Source: Raillietiella orientalis (lineage: Eukaryota). Taken from it: a stretch of DNA of 64,000 bases. Of the stretch, positions 12,700 through 26,599 are shown in pieces (position 1 is the first letter of the stretch; every line of letters starts with the position of its first letter). The stretch covers positions 6,572,001-6,636,000 of the forward strand of contig JAYWIR010000004.1 of NCBI GenBank assembly GCA_036172245.1, written 5' to 3'. The position numbers and the translations under genes are program-made. Under the pieces are notes generated by a model, which saw only the letters and a list, made by a program, of their open reading frames with translations, made no database searches and was not told the origin of the DNA.

Positions 12700-13250
12700 G
12701 GGATGGGAAAGAGATGCTATAGTTGAAAAATAACAAACCTGAAACGGCAAAGGATGTGTCAATACAATTAGAAACGAACTGAATCTGTAAGCTTATTCTG
12801 AATCTCTTTACTTATCCTATTAATGTTGAAATGGTGGCCAATCAAACACCATGTGTGAATCTAAGAACATTTGCACAGGTTTTACGAGTTCGATACTACT
12901 TTTGTCACAAGTATTGGAGATTCCCAGTTCCATTGCTCAATTAAGCAGCCATTAGAAAATTTCTGAAATTCTATCACTTGCAAAAGGTGGGAACAACAGT
13001 AGCCGAGTCATGTAACTTAGAAAAGCAATGTTAACCAGTTTTGAAGAATGAAATTCTTCCACGGATGAATGGGTGTATCAAAAGAAGCTGCATTTTGTTC
13101 AGCTAAAAATAGAGTTTGAGAATGAAGGAATTCTTTTCATTTTCCATGTACTTCCAGCGTGATTTAAGGTTACTAATGGTTCACAGAAATGGCAAAACTT
13201 GTTATTCTGTATCCCTGGGCGAAATGGCAATGAACGACAGAAAGAGGGAT
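12700..13250 (+). mobile_element. Possible decayed Gypsy RT-thumb/RNase H fragment
   Basis: Weak motifs in the expected order: QVLRVRYY, MLTSFEE*NSSTDE (cf. LTxxExNYSTxE) and CIPGRNGN (cf. YxPGxxN). Confidence 0.3.
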
Positions 13251-14099
13251 TGCTGACGTTGAATTTATGAAGTGACTTTTAAGATTACAACAGTTTGTAG
13301 AACGTCTTTACGAAACATGACAGCATGAATGGAAAATGAGAAGATCTCAAAATAAATTGAGCGGGAAAGGGAAATTGCAACTTTGTTTTAGATTTTGATA
13401 ACTAGATATAGACAATGGTAGCACCAGTGCAGATAGCATCCAATACAGAGAGAAATATTTTACATTGATCTTTGAACTAGTTACCATTTACATCAATTCG
13501 ATCATTTTCTATATGAAAATCGAATATTTCCCATAGAAAAGAACTCTGAAATGATCAGATTCCCTAAGTAATTGAAAAACAATGCTAATTTATTTCATCA
13601 TATCATTATAAATGTTCTGTGATTGCATGCATAGATTCTACTTTGAACACTTCGCAAAGCATAAATATCTTTTCTGAGAGCTGATCCTTTCTTTAGCAGT
13701 TTTTAATTGCTCTTCCTAGAATGCATACTTAATTCACGTGTGTTCTCCATTTTCCTTTTTCCTTTCTCGAAGGTTTTCGGTTTGATACTACATGTTCTTC
13801 CTTACAATGATAGCTTTTCATTGGAACGGATTTGTGGATGTATCATAGCACCTACCTTCCATTTCTTTCCTTTTCTTTTTTTTAGTTAGCAAACTAGAAT
13901 ATTAACAAGTTTGTGAAACAAAGCTGAGACGTCTTTTTTTTTGATCAGAGAACGATTTACACAATGAAAAAAAAATAAGTCCACCACAGTTGGACTCAGT
14001 TTTTCTTCAGTCTCTAGACCTCGTTTTGAATTTCTTCAGTTTGGAATAAATAATCTCCTTTGCCATGCTGGAGGGTGAAATTTCTTAAGAGAAATATGA

Positions 14100-15050
14100 A
14101 AGGACTACGGACTTAATGATAGATATCTGATCCAAAACGATAATCTCAACAGTACCTTCCCACTTTGAATATGTGCAGTGCCATTCAAACACACTTGTGT
14201 CACTCGCAAGGTATTTACTCTTTCGTTCTATTACTTCTTCAGTAAATTTCAGAATTATAATTCTGGTATGATTGCATTGGGGGAATCATTTTCAGGGATA
14301 GATCCTCACTACTTGCTCTGATGCGATGGTGAGGAAGAAATAACTTCGTTTCTTTAGTCCTCAGGAGTCCACTATTCATGATCGTCAATGTAAAAGCTTT
14401 TCGTGGCCATACATACTCTCTTGGCAAATGCAGGAAATCTCTGAAAGCGAAAGGTGTTATGCCGTTCTCAGAGGCATTATTCCATTTCTCTAAAGCTCTT
14501 CGTTCCTAGTTGGCTGAAGGTTTCAAGAAACCTGAGAAAATCCTGTGGAATGTGTGAAGGAAGACCGTAAGGTTAAGCTGGATAGAGAAATGCAAACTTC
14601 TGTGTTCATCCAATGACGTCATTTATTGAGTTTCTTCGCATTTGACATCAGAGGAATAGGTATATTGTGGTCAAACCTCCGAAGCCTGAGATGGTATAGT
14701 TAAAGAACTTCCAAGAAGACCAGGATTCCTTTGAAGATATTTTTCTTTAGCATTCAATCAGTTTTTGATGGTCTGAGGAAAATTTCAAGTGATTTTTGCC
14801 AAATTCCTCGAGGATTCAATGGGATCGATCTTTGTGGAATTTTTAGCTCTGTCTCACACGAGTTCCAGTCTTCGTCCAGGATACTGCTCTGAAAACTGCA
14901 CACTCTGCGAGAAAGGGAAACAGAACAGGGCTTAAATTGTTGCTTTGTATCCTCAGCACTTATTAGGTAATATCCCATCTCTTGGATAAAGATGTAAATG
15001 TCTTCATGCTTCAGCCCACGTAGGGACAGTTTGTTCCGTGAACTCGATGG
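14100..15050 (-). mobile_element. Decayed Gypsy RT-RNase H fragment
   Basis: SCETELKIPQRSIPLNPRGI matches the RT palm region. It is followed by REYVWPRKAFTLTIMNSGL and PHHRIRASSEDL (cf. YxYGxxFTLxTDHxPL and PPRIQR). Confidence 0.45.
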
Positions 15051-15079
15051 CACGAGGGAGGCAAAAAGCTATATCCCAC

Positions 15080-17600
15080 TCTACGTCTTATCTCAGCATT
15101 GATAACAATATCTGGACAGTATCTTAAAGGGAGTCTTGATGCCAGCAAAGTCATAGACTTTCTTCAAAGACATCCACTTACTAAAGTATTCTGCACAAAC
15201 TATGTCTCATTAGACAAAGGTGCCGAGGGTCAATCCCAATACTCTTCACATGCTTGAGCACTGAGCATTGCAGCAACAGCTCTATAAAGGGTTGAGGTGA
15301 GGAACCTTTCAACCTTTCTAGAGGAAACGGTTGTCGATTTTTCGAGTCTTGGGTAGCATTTGAGATATATAGCTAACTTGGAGTCTGTAAACTGCTTACA
15401 TTAATGTCTTTGTTTGACCACGTCTGGCTGATCCCGCTCACAGACTGGTGGATTTTCAATGTCACAGACATTCTGGGAGATATCCAAATTCGTCTAGGTT
15501 TGGTCATCTGAGAGACAAACAGAAGGATGCAATCTGAATCGGAAGCTTCCAAAAAGATAAAAATTCCCGAAATTATTCGAAGATTCGAAGTGACTTTAGA
15601 AGAAGATCTACAAAAAATTCAACGCTTTTTTCGGAATCGCAGGATCAGCTCATGGTCTATCAATCTTTTAGGGAACTACTTTGCGAAGCTCAAGAGTCAA
15701 AACGAAGATTTTTCTGGTTTTCTGGGCAGATCGCATTCTTTTCTGAGAATCAAAAGAATCAAATCAATACTAACCTTCCACTTGACTCTGAGGTAGCTAA
15801 GTACATGTGGATAGCTTCCAATTGGATTTCTCCATTTGGCTTTTACTCCTTTCCAGCAAGCAGAGGTTTCAATCCCTTCTTCGGAAAAAAAACATGTGTC
15901 AGGTTTAGTTCTGGTTTCGAATAAAGGGTACATGATATAAAAGGGAAACTGATCTATTCTACACGTTCTTGTCGTTCTTATCTAAGTGAGAACACTCTTC
16001 ATCGGATCTGATGTGTACGAAATGCTACGTAATGGCTCATTGCTTTGTTCTGAGTTTAAAAATTTCCAGTTTGTGTTGTCCTGATGTGTTTTGGATTTTT
16101 TTTTTCGTATTCGTAGGTGGCAGATTAAAACTTTCATCCATCATGAAATTCTTCTAGATGTGATGTAATCGAGCAGGGATGTTCCAGCAAGAACCCTGAT
16201 CTTCAGGTGATACTAAGTCAGTCTTAGTGTCAGTGCTGTTCAATCTGACTCTAACCATCCCAAACCACTTCGTTTCTTCCTGATCTCTTCGTGCGTCTTC
16301 ATTTCTGGATAGCTGATGTACTACAGTTTCGCCTTCGGAATTCGAAGTTCACTGCATTCGTTCGATGTCCTGCACCATTGCTTTGTGTCGGCAAACCAGG
16401 GAGAGGGAGCCAGCCGTTCAGACAATCTGATGCTTTTTTTTTTCTTCTCCAGTAGATGGAAGCAGTGTGATGGATATAGAGCGAATAACGTGCATGCTGT
16501 GACTAGGATTTGCACCGTTTCGTAGAGGTGACTCTAAGAGGCAATTTTTTAAAAAATCTGGCCGCTCAGATAAGATGTTACCGTATGTGTCTTGCGTCTA
16601 CATCATTATTTCAAGGGTCCAGAAATCCCAGTGACACCACGTGAAGGACCGAGATCAGAGAGTGGATCGTGTAAGCCAAGAATCCTTGGCTTACATGGGA
16701 CTGGGACTGGAAGTAACCTGCCAGCACCTTTGGATTATGTGACCTCAAATTCTGTCTACTCCTACTTTATGTAGATTCTCCGATCTAGGTTTATGGTGGT
16801 GAAGTAATAAGCCGTTCAGAATCCAAGAGACAAAGCCCACTGGAACGTGGCACTTACGGCATAAAATCTCTCATAACCCCTGCTCAATTAAAAAACACTA
16901 GGTCAAACGACTGTCCATGTCCCTAGAACGCCTAAGTCTATTTGCTTGTACTCTGTTGCAGTCTGCGAGTCGCAGTAGCATATTTGCTCTTCTGTCAATT
17001 CAGCGAGTTGGATGATTCCTCAGTGTCTGACAGGTGTTTGAATGAACCTGGGCATAAGAGTATTTATCGAAGCCACGAACTGAAAGGAGAACACAGTCTG
17101 AGTCAGTTTTTTTTTCTCTCTCTCTTAAAATCAGTACTCTGTAAATGTGCAGCAGGAGACACAATGGTGAGTCACAATGACAGCTCATTTGAAAATCAAG
17201 TCATAAACAGAGCACAAATCACGCTAGGTTCGGTAAAAGATGACAACCAAGACCGGTGGATCCAACCCAGAGGCAAAAATTTCTCATTCATCAGCCATAA
17301 ACTTCCCGATTTGGTTTTCTGCTACGTCGAACACCAGCCAGAATGATCGGCCATCAATGTGATCAACCAGAAGCGGAAGGATTCGCTGAGAAACGTACAC
17401 ATGCACACACAGAAAGCGCATTTGTCCGTTCAGCTGCTGAGCATTTCTAATTTTATACCAAAGGGTCATCATGCACAGGGCGCACGCGTGATGATAGTCA
17501 ATGGTTAAACTGCTCAACCAGGCGCACGCACATCTTCACAGTGGTTCTCTATTTTAACCGACTTAAATCCTAATTTCTGCTTTCCATCAGAAGGGATGGA
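15080..17600 (-). mobile_element. Decayed Gypsy pol (RT-RNase H-integrase)
   Basis: In order: NGQMRFLCVH..LPLLVDHIDGRSFWLVFDV (RT start), F*GH, LGF*TAYY, ILVTACTLFALY (RNase H), CWKGVKAKWRNPIGSY (H2C2) and TPFKIL (GPF-like). Confidence 0.6.
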
Positions 17601-18749
17601 ATGTAGCAGAAACCTCTGTTTCTGCTTCATTCCACGACACATACCATGAATGTTTCTCCTGATAACAGGTGAAGACAAGAACATCAGCTTTGTATTTTGG
17701 ATTTTGCACAGCTTTGTAAAAGATGTCCGAGTTTCATCAGTGACCATGTCCATCCTATTTTCAGCTTACTTCACGCCTTTTGAGTTTTAGAGCTCCTCCT
17801 GAGGAATGCTTCTCATCCTTGGTCCTGTTATACACAGAGTGATTTTCTTTCTTTCCTTCTCTCCAGGTATTGGGGCTTCTCTGTTGCGCTAAGGTGTCAG
17901 CCCTTTCGGCGTTCTGTGAAATATTTAGAACGGCAATGAGCAACCTGAGGCCCGCGTCCATATGCCACCCGCTGTGACGAAAAGGTTGCCCGCTACCAGG
18001 ATGGAAGGGTTTCTATTCCATGGGACGGGAACCTCTTCATCATCGATGCGAGTCTGATTAAAACGAATGACAAAAGCAATCAAAGAATACGTTCAGATGT
18101 GATTATTCCTTTGTCTACGCCATCCTCAATTCCGGTCCTGATTTAAGCTAGGGGGGACTGAATTTTAATTGCAGTACATCTTTGTAGTTGCACCAAGAAT
18201 TTCTAAAACGGCAGAGATAAAACTCTGCTACAGATAGAAACACCTCTCTTTATCGGGAACATGATATAAAAAAGAATTATGCACTCATGCAAACGTGTAT
18301 ATGTATGTATATAATGTTCCTATATAGGCAAGCGTTTGCAAATAAATACGGATATACATCTATATTTTGTGACTGGTTGCTTTGTGTTTACGTTGGCTAT
18401 TCGTTCGTTTTTTTTTGTTTCTAGCTTTCGCAGCTAATTAGTCCAGAGAAAAATCATGATGACAGATATCTTTGAAGTATCTTGTTATTTGCAGGCTAAC
18501 AACAGGGAATCGATCCAATCTGTTACGGTGCATCGTCTGGGAAGAATTGCAAGTGCCAGATACAAAATGTGGCATACTAATTATACATTGTAATTCTAAA
18601 TTTTCGTTCGGTAATACTTCCAATTTCTGTTGGAGCAAGGGGGAAAAAAAACTCTGCTTGCTGAGGCGTTGGAGAATTTTCTAGAAGGGGAATTCCAAAA
18701 GTAATTGTGACGGCGTAATGAAGCTTGCATCATTGTTGGGTAATGAAGC

Positions 18750-21700
18750 TGACGTAAGGAGCCGCGGTCGGCGATCTGACGAACCGGAAAAGCGTCCGCA
18801 TTGTTGATGCCTGCGGAGTGTGTCGACCCGCGGCCTGCCGTCCACTGCGACAAGATGGTTGCGTCCCTCCGCTCAGTCGGAATCAGCTGTGTCCAGTCGT
18901 AGACCGCGTTCCGAGTTGCGCCATCGCGTCCGCGAGCATGGCTCTTCAGCACCACGCTCCTCCCACCCTTCCCCCCTCCCTCTTTGCAACAGACGGTTTC
19001 TGAAGTGCTCGTAGTAACGAGTAGGGATAACGGGGAGGTTGCTTCGAAGCACCACAGAGCCACCAGAAGGGAGGTTTCGCTCTCTTTCGGGTCACCGGAC
19101 CGGACCATGTTTCCCCACGCTGCCGCGCGTCCCGCAACACATCTATTAAACTGTACTGCGGCAGATGAGTTTACGGAAGTGTATTGTACATGCATTCCGC
19201 AGAAAGTGAGACAAGGTTCCTGAGGGAAGCGTGCTGCCGCGTCTTCAGCGGCTGCTCTCTCTGGTGTCCCATCCAGATGCCCTCGAAGGGGTTCCCGTGC
19301 CTGACCCTGAAGCCGTCTCAAGGGAAAGCGTGAAGCAACACCTTTGAAAGAAGTCTGCGACCAGAGATCGCAGAAAAGGAAACGGGGCAGCTGGCTGCAA
19401 ATAAGTCAGTAATCTGCTGCGAGGTCACGCTCAGGTTTCCAATTTCAGAGAATTGAGGCCGACCAAAACCTCCTTCTATCTCTGCTATGCTATTTCCGGT
19501 TCCCTCGGAACCTGCGGTGTCCCCGAAAACGAGGAGCGTCATTGCATATCAGCGGGGAGAATCCCTAATGGATGAATACAATCCTTTCGTATGTGCTGCT
19601 GGGATGCGCCTCAGGGATGTGGGGGCTCATCGTAAGAGCACCCGACTGCTCACCGATGTCCTGTCGGAGGAAGACGGACCTCTTGTGCTGTCTCACGATC
19701 ACCATAGTTTCTTATCCACCCCTAACTGCGGTGAACCCCAGGCCAAATTCGAAGGCCAACACCAACACCGCCACACCTGAGCGTTAGAGGAAGATTGTCA
19801 GCGTTGAAGTTGCGGTCCTTGAACAGGTCATCGAATTCCAGGAACTGGGTTTGCACTTTGGCAGCCACCCCTGCCAGAGTATCCTGGAATGGGATGTTCC
19901 CATGTTTCCTTTCCGGATTCGTGGGCTGAAGAAATTCAAAATGCGAGGTCGAAATGTTGTGGTCGATTACAGTAGGGATGGTAGAAACACCCTCCCTCGT
20001 TTTCCTCATGCATTCCCGAATCTTCTCAAAACTCCTTTGCTTATTTTGGTGAATGGACCCTTTACGCCAGGAAGGAATGTTTTCCCCTGATTCTCAGTGC
20101 ATACCTCTCCCCCCCTCCCTCCTTCCCATTTATCCTGCTGGCATTAGGTGCCAGGTCATACGCTTTTCGTGAAAACGTTGGAGAGACAAGCCACGCTTTT
20201 GCTTCTCGGATGTTTTCTGCCGGGAGCAGCGCCATCTGCTAAGGGCTTCCCAACCTTGATCATCAGGGACATTCAGAGACAGGACAAGTTCCTCGGGGAT
20301 CCCTTAGCAATCGCCTCAGAATCCCAACGCCTAGAAGGAAGCATTCCTTGCGGTAGAAGTTCCGTGTTCAGAGTTTCCGAATATTTGCGGAACTCCTTCT
20401 ACAAAAAAAGGAAAAGATAGAAACGAGGAACACGAAAGAGAGACAACCTGCAGCTTTTCGGTGTGGATCGGTGAAGTTGCAGGAAATGCAATGCAGCCTG
20501 CAAGGGAAGCAGAATCAAGCAAACCGTTGCCAGGTACCAAAAAGTTGAATTACGAGCTCAGCGAAAAGCGACCTTTGAGGCTGGAAGCAACTCTCGAGGA
20601 ACAACAGGCTGCAAGAGAACATGGAAAGCACTTTGCCTGCGTCACCTCAAATGATGCCGGGTGAGCAGGACTCGCGCCTGAGATGTCGGTCGCATGCCTT
20701 CCACTTCACTGGGAATTTCAGAAGAACTTACTTCTGACCTAACCTAACCTCACTTTTCGACCTGATTGCGTCCTCCCCAGAAGCAATGCAAACCTCAGCT
20801 GAAGTGTTTTTCCCTGAATGAAAAAGAGAAGTCCTCCACAAACCTGCTTGGCAGAAGCTCCTGCAGAAAAGCCTTCAAACAGGTTGTTGCCATCCCATCG
20901 GATATTTTCTCGCCCCTGGACATTCGGGATGAATTCCAGAGCCTTGACCCTTCGGGTGTCCCGAGTCCAGCACCGCCTCGCTAAGCGTTCTTGAACGGGA
21001 GGAATATGAAGGTCACGGTGAAAGACTTCCAGGATACTACGTGGCTGGACCATCCTTCTCAATGCCCAGAGAATGCTGCCTCCGAGCTGGTGATGACTCC
21101 ACACACGCACACGATGTCTTTGAACCCTGATCGTGCTCAGCATCAGACTAATTTCCTAATCCGATGCCGTTGCTACGTGCTTACTAGCAATCTAGAATTG
21201 CAATCTGGATGCTACGTTGTCCGAAAACAGACCCGACTCCGTGTGACTTCGGCGTCACCATTCAAAGGCATCATCATTTAAGACCCAGCAGGCAGTGGAA
21301 GGTCTGCGTGACCACCGAAGCCGGTTCTCCGGCTGCAATGCTTCGTGTGCATTCTCGATTCATGCACTATGGAGAAACCATGCGTGGCTTTCGGTCAGCA
21401 AGGTCGTCACCAATTGAATTTTGGTTTTGGAAATCATTCATTACTCCACGGAAAGAATGGGATGAACTCGTTGCCGTTTCAAATGCATAAATTTTCTTGC
21501 CCTTCAATGAAGGTCAGTTCTCGCTCGAGCTCGCGTCTCCAAAGGAACGAAAGAGCTTTGACGTCTCCATCTCTTTCTTTCACAGTTTCGTACGGTAACG
21601 GTTGAGCGAGTAACAGAAGATGGTTTGTCCCAAGCGGATTCATCATCGAGAACGCGCACTGCTAATTCAGGGCTTCATTTCGAAAATTCCTCCGTATGGA

Positions 21701-21960
21701 AGGTGGCGTCCTCCTCCATCCGTTTGGAAGAGGCCACCTGGAAAAAAGAAGCGTCGACTGTTTGATGTGCCCTCTATTCGGAGACGACCCAATAAATGAA
21801 CGGTTCTTCCGGAAACGCCTGAAAACGAATTACATTTTCGAATTGGTTTTGCAACGAAGCCCGAAAATGCAAACCAAACGGTCCAAGCTGCACGGCGCAG
21901 TTTCGTAAAGAGCATCATCCGTCTGCAAGTGCAGTAATCGAAGATCAGCAGGAAATTTCT
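18750..21960 (-). mobile_element. Decayed Gypsy (Mag/K02A2.6-like) pol: protease-RT-RNase H-integrase
   Basis: In order: GVIT...WSSHVVSWKS (RT start), FLVPGNG (DDILVxG site), IHTEKLQVVSLSCSSFLSF..EGV, ERKHGNI...NADNLPL (cf. TDHKPL), LLVALWCF...TTSTSETV and RDGATRNAVYDWTQL (cf. RHGxPxxVxSDNGPQF). Confidence 0.65.
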
Positions 21961-22479
21961 GAATAGCAGAATGAGATGATTTAGTATCCAAAGGGATCAG
22001 CAGATACTGGTTACAATGAGAAATCGAAATTCCTGGCTGGCTTCCTGGAACGGATAAAACAGTTTTCAGGAATGGAATGCTTTCTCATCTTCTACCTTGT
22101 CTCAACGGGAAATGCAAAATCGAAATTTTCGGAATAAAGTCTCGTCTCACCCGCAGATTCTCACTCGGGACGTTCTCGAAACAATCGGCAATGTTATTTC
22201 ACGAGAGAGGAATCTCTTGTAGGAGCAACTGACGTTTCCTTGTGTTACTGCTACTTCACACGAGACATAAACTTCACACGAAATCATGATCAGTAAAGTT
22301 GTTTTAATGTTTCCGTGTAATGTTTCCGTTTTTATTCTATTTTATTTTATTTTTCGCGGTTGAGAAAATCTTCAACCGTTTCCACTGTTTCAAAGAATTT
22401 CTTAGCCTCCGAGTGTTTATGTCATTGAGTGGACTCTGAAATCTACAATACCAGTTTTTCTCTCTAAAGTTTCACCGAC

Positions 22480-22800
22480 ATGCTAGCAGGGGTACGGGAA
22501 ATCTGGGACGCTTCTTGTTACGCCACGATGCATGCATTTCTCAGCAAATGGTATCACACTGTCACCGGCCGATTTCATACGCACGCATCTCAGCAATTTG
22601 CCTCCAGATACTCGATGTGCATTTGCAGAGATAAGAGGCGATGCTGTTTGATCAACTCAGTAGTTGGCTCATTCAGTTTAGGTATCCTTCCAGTCTTCCA
22701 TTCCAGCTACAGAGGATATCTACTAGCACCAGAGGAAACTGGCAGCTTTTTCTGCGTAGAGGAAACGAAAGATTCAAGCGAAATAACTAAACAGCGCCGA
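22480..22800 (+). mobile_element. Decayed Gypsy RNase H fragment
   Basis: EIWDASCYATMHAFLS...HTHASQQFASRYSM..RDK resembles TDASxYxxGAVL...YASRxL...RYSxxEKE. Confidence 0.45.
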
Positions 22801-23449
22801 TCCTTGTCGTGAGAAGTAGACAGGGATGTCCACCTCTTCTATTTTCGATGGAACTGTCTGTCTTTGATACCAGTCGGACGAACTTTTGCTTTAATGGGAA
22901 TGTGCGCTTCTTTTAGAAAGCTGTCCTTGATGTAAAAAAGCACTACCGAGATAGTCATTGGGTTTGTTTCCTTTTTCTGTCTTTCTTCTGAACTGTTTCT
23001 GCTCCGCGGTAGGGTTTTTTGAGTGCACCTGATCAATTAATTTCTTCGGACTTTATGTGGGATACATTCCACCAATGTATCCCACGTAAAGATGTGGAAT
23101 AATTGCTGCTCATTTTCTCTTCTATTGCTGGTAATGCCAATGTTAGGAAATCGGAAGGGAGGTGTCATTGACTAACATTTCACAACGTATAATTTAAGCG
23201 AAATACCTAGGCTAGCAACAACATATTTAAGGAGACGCTGTTATTAAAACCGTGTAGAAACTCTAATCATTTTCAAGGGGATACATCACGCCGAAAGCTA
23301 CACTGCTAAAGAAGAGTCCACTGTCTTAGAATAACATCGATCTAGAAGCATGCATGAAAACACACCCATGGATAACTACTGCATGGCTTCATGAGAGCAT
23401 TCTCGAAAACAGAGACTTGCGTCAAATGCAAGATAGAATCTTCTCAACC

Positions 23450-24450
23450 GAGGTATTAAGATTTTCCTGGAAAAAGGACAGAATGAAGGAAGCGAAGGGA
23501 TCGGCTTCTTGGAGAGAAACTTACATGAGTTTGGTGAAGAGGAAACGTGAGGTGCAAACAACAGCAACAAGAAACAATTCAGGAGAGCCAAGAACAGCTA
23601 CACATTAGCTGTCGGAACTGAAGCAGTTTTTAGTTTTCAGCAAGCTGAATGTTCTTCTGAGGCAAAGTCTCTTTCGTCTTGTCTTTCTCGTCCCGGAAGA
23701 ACATTTACACGGATTCTTTGCGGCTGTGATTCGATTCAGATTTTGCCGTAGCCACCCTTTCAGGAAGTCCCTTCACTGATTCACAAATCACGTGAGCGAG
23801 TACTTTCTTTCCAGATCTGCAAGCAGACAGAGGGATTCTGTTGAAAATGTGGCATTCCCGAAGGGAGGCAAATGATTTCAAGGATGCTAAACGTTTATGT
23901 CCGATTGACGGTCCATGGAAAAATCCTGTCATTCCATCGCAGCGTTTCTCCCAAGAACAACGTGAACGCATTCCAAATATTTCACGCGGTAATAATGATT
24001 CAGCCATTTTTGAAATGCGTGCATAGAAATGCACTACTCAATCCCGCTTATCCACCTTTTTGATGTGTTTCGACATCTAGCAACTAAGAAAGAAGAAAAA
24101 GAAAAAAAAAGAAGAAAAAGAAGAAAAAAAAGAAACAAGAAAACGTCAAAGTCCTGGGAGTGCCGATTCTGTAAGGTATCACACATTTCTGTAGCAGGAA
24201 CACCTTCACATTACATTCACACCAAAGTCCTCTTGAGCTTAGAATTGTGCCCCATATAATTCGTACGACATAGGATAGCGTCGAAATCCCATGGTTTCAG
24301 TCGTCCACGAATTTCTTTATTCTTCCCGACTTGGATTCCCAAATGGGCTGGTTTGGAGTATGCTAAGCGCCATGCTGGCTCAGCTGTGCCCTCACCGATT
24401 CCTTTGGAGCCGTCCACCTGGATATGAAGAGCGGTCTCTTGCACTGTTCG
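23450..24450 (-). mobile_element. Decayed Gypsy integrase
   Basis: RLAYSKPAHLGIQ (H2C2) is followed by SWEKRCDGMTG..GHKR...IPL...KGLPERVATAK (integrase core). A purine-rich low-complexity tract (24087-24143) interrupts it. Confidence 0.6.
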
Positions 24451-24849
24451 AAAAATCAGCCGAAGCGTCCGGCTACCAGTCGAGGACTTCAGGTGCGAAG
24501 AAGAACTTCTTGTCCCCATTCGGTTGTGCCCCTATGCTTGTGAAATGGTTAATCCCCCACCTTCTCTCCCCCCCCCCCAAAAAAAAAAAAAAAAAACGAA
24601 CGTGAACAGAAAAGTCGGCGAGTCGTGTCGGCCCGCAGAATCCAAGAATCCTTGGAGTGTGCCGGCGAGGTTCGCAACAAGCATGGGGGAACAGAGTGAG
24701 CGAAAAAGAGATTCAGAAATAGATACACAAAGGTCCGTTTACAATCCCAAGAAGAGGACTGGGTTTTGTTTTTTTTGGTTTGCTAAGTACTAAAGAATCG
24801 TTCGCCTGGCGGCTAACGAAGCTCTTGAACACAGTCTGCGCAACCCGAG

Positions 24850-26560
24850 GGTGGTAACTCTTCAAGTCAGGCAGCAACCCCTTACCATATGAATCCAGGA
24901 AGGCCTCCGGAGGAAGGAGTCCATTCCTCTCACGCTTGGTAGGAATTCCGACGGGAACCCTCGCACCGGTTGTCTCCGAAGGGAACCTCTTCCTTATTCT
25001 CTCCGGAGGGGTCCCCGATTTGTGGAGGTCGCTCCTCACTTCTCCTCACTTCTCTCTGGAGGCAACCTGCAAGGGAACCGCTCCTTGTTTACTTATTTGG
25101 AGAGAACCACAAAGGGACGCTTCCAGTTTTCTCTGAAGGGTCTCTCCCGAAGGGAGCAGTGCATCTCTTCACACTCTGGAGAGGTATGAATCCACCAACT
25201 CCATGGTTTTCGATGGCTGGTCGCTCCCCAAGAGGGAGCGGCTCTATTTTGACAACCTGAGGGGGAGAGAACTCCTTGATTCCTGGAAGGACCTTGGAGG
25301 GTCCACTCCCAGTCTCGGCTAGTCAATGGAGGCAGACGGTTTCCAACGCGCACGCGCATCTCATTCGTGTGGCACCCGAAGCCCATGGACCCACCAGCGT
25401 CAATATGCAGGGGTGGGTGGACTCGAAACCCACGATGCACCCCATATTCTGGATGTCGATCCTTTACGGGTATTCCCACCTGGAACTCTTGTTTCCACGC
25501 GCGGAAGCCGTAGACACAAGGCCGCTACATCTGTAAGGTGGTCCACCGAGATGCGAAGGGACTCAGAAAAAAACGTTCCCAAAGTGTCCGGAAGGCAGCG
25601 CATTTCACCTACAGTTGGGACAAGGATTCCACCTCTCCGCACCTGGCACAATTGTTCCAGGTTCCTCCTCGTCCAGTGGTGGCGGTGTGCATTGCACGGG
25701 AGTCTCCAATGCGACGCCGCTGCCACCTGAGGGGGAAAAACGAGCTGCCCGCAATCACTGGGGGCACCTCCAGCCCGTCAGTCGGAATGCTAAAGAGCTC
25801 AACCCAGCAAACAAGTGTTTTGGGAGTGGGCGTCGGTGTCGCTGCAGTCCATCCACCAAGGGGTCTCGAGCGATCCGAGATTTCGCGAGAAGTCTCCCAC
25901 CCTGCTGGCAGGTAGGTTCCATGAACCTCAAAAACGGAGGACACCGCCGCGGCGAATGGGGTGGCTGCTGGGCAGGTCAGCAATTGTGGTTCGCTGCTCA
26001 CAGCCCCACCGTTCCTCCGGCATTTTGGAGAAATCCCCACCTACATCCGGTGACGTCTGTCGTGGCCTGGACGATCTCGGTCTACTTTCTTTCCGCCTGG
26101 TGTTGGTGTTCGTAGGGCGGCAGGAGATCTAAGGGTGTTTACGGGCTCGCCAGACGTCCACGTTTCGGTGTGGGAAGCCTCAGGCGGTTGGGCTCCGGTG
26201 ACTGCGCGAAAGCAGGGTCGCTAGTCCGTCGTAGCCAGCCGCTCGCCGGGCGAGCAGACGTCCGGGACACACCATTGGTGATTTGGTGATCCAGGGAAAA
26301 ACTTCTTGCGCCTTTCAGGTAGCAACCGAGGGGTTCGACCGATCACGGTCCACGACAAAGATTTCCTTTCTAGGATCCACTAAATCACGGAACAAAGCCT
26401 TCGGAGCTCTTGGGATTCTAAAGTATTGTGGTCCGCATGTGCCACATCCTATTTCGATCTTCGTCTTTTTTTGGATAAGGAAAGCATTCTGGGACACACT
26501 AAGATAAAGCGCATGTCGTCTGCTGCAGTTGGGCGGAATGTTTTTGCCAGTGGACATTGC
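24850..26560 (-). mobile_element. Decayed Gypsy (Mag-like) RNase H-integrase
   Basis: In order: RAPKALFRDL (cf. APPRLQRM), GGILVP..RCLPDTL..ESL..DH (H2C2), PLHIDAGG (cf. RLHIDFAG) and LPPEAFL..LLPDL. Confidence 0.5.
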
Positions 26561-26599
26561 TAATGTACTGACTTCCTACTTTTTGGATCAGGATTTCGT

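Noticed and set aside
14750..15500. CR1/L2 LINE 3' end (LGLTL, DWNS)
   Set aside because: Better explained by a Gypsy integrase tail followed by an RT palm, both in context with flanking motifs.
20950..21150. Jockey-type LINE tail (HRDLHIPPV)
   Set aside because: The adjacent frame gives GVIT..WSSHVVSWKS at the right distance from the downstream RT, RNase H and integrase motifs, so it is better read as Gypsy RT.
23354..23608. LINE ORF2-like PWIT motif on +
   Set aside because: An isolated motif that partly overlaps a minus-strand integrase remnant, with no LINE endonuclease or RT nearby.
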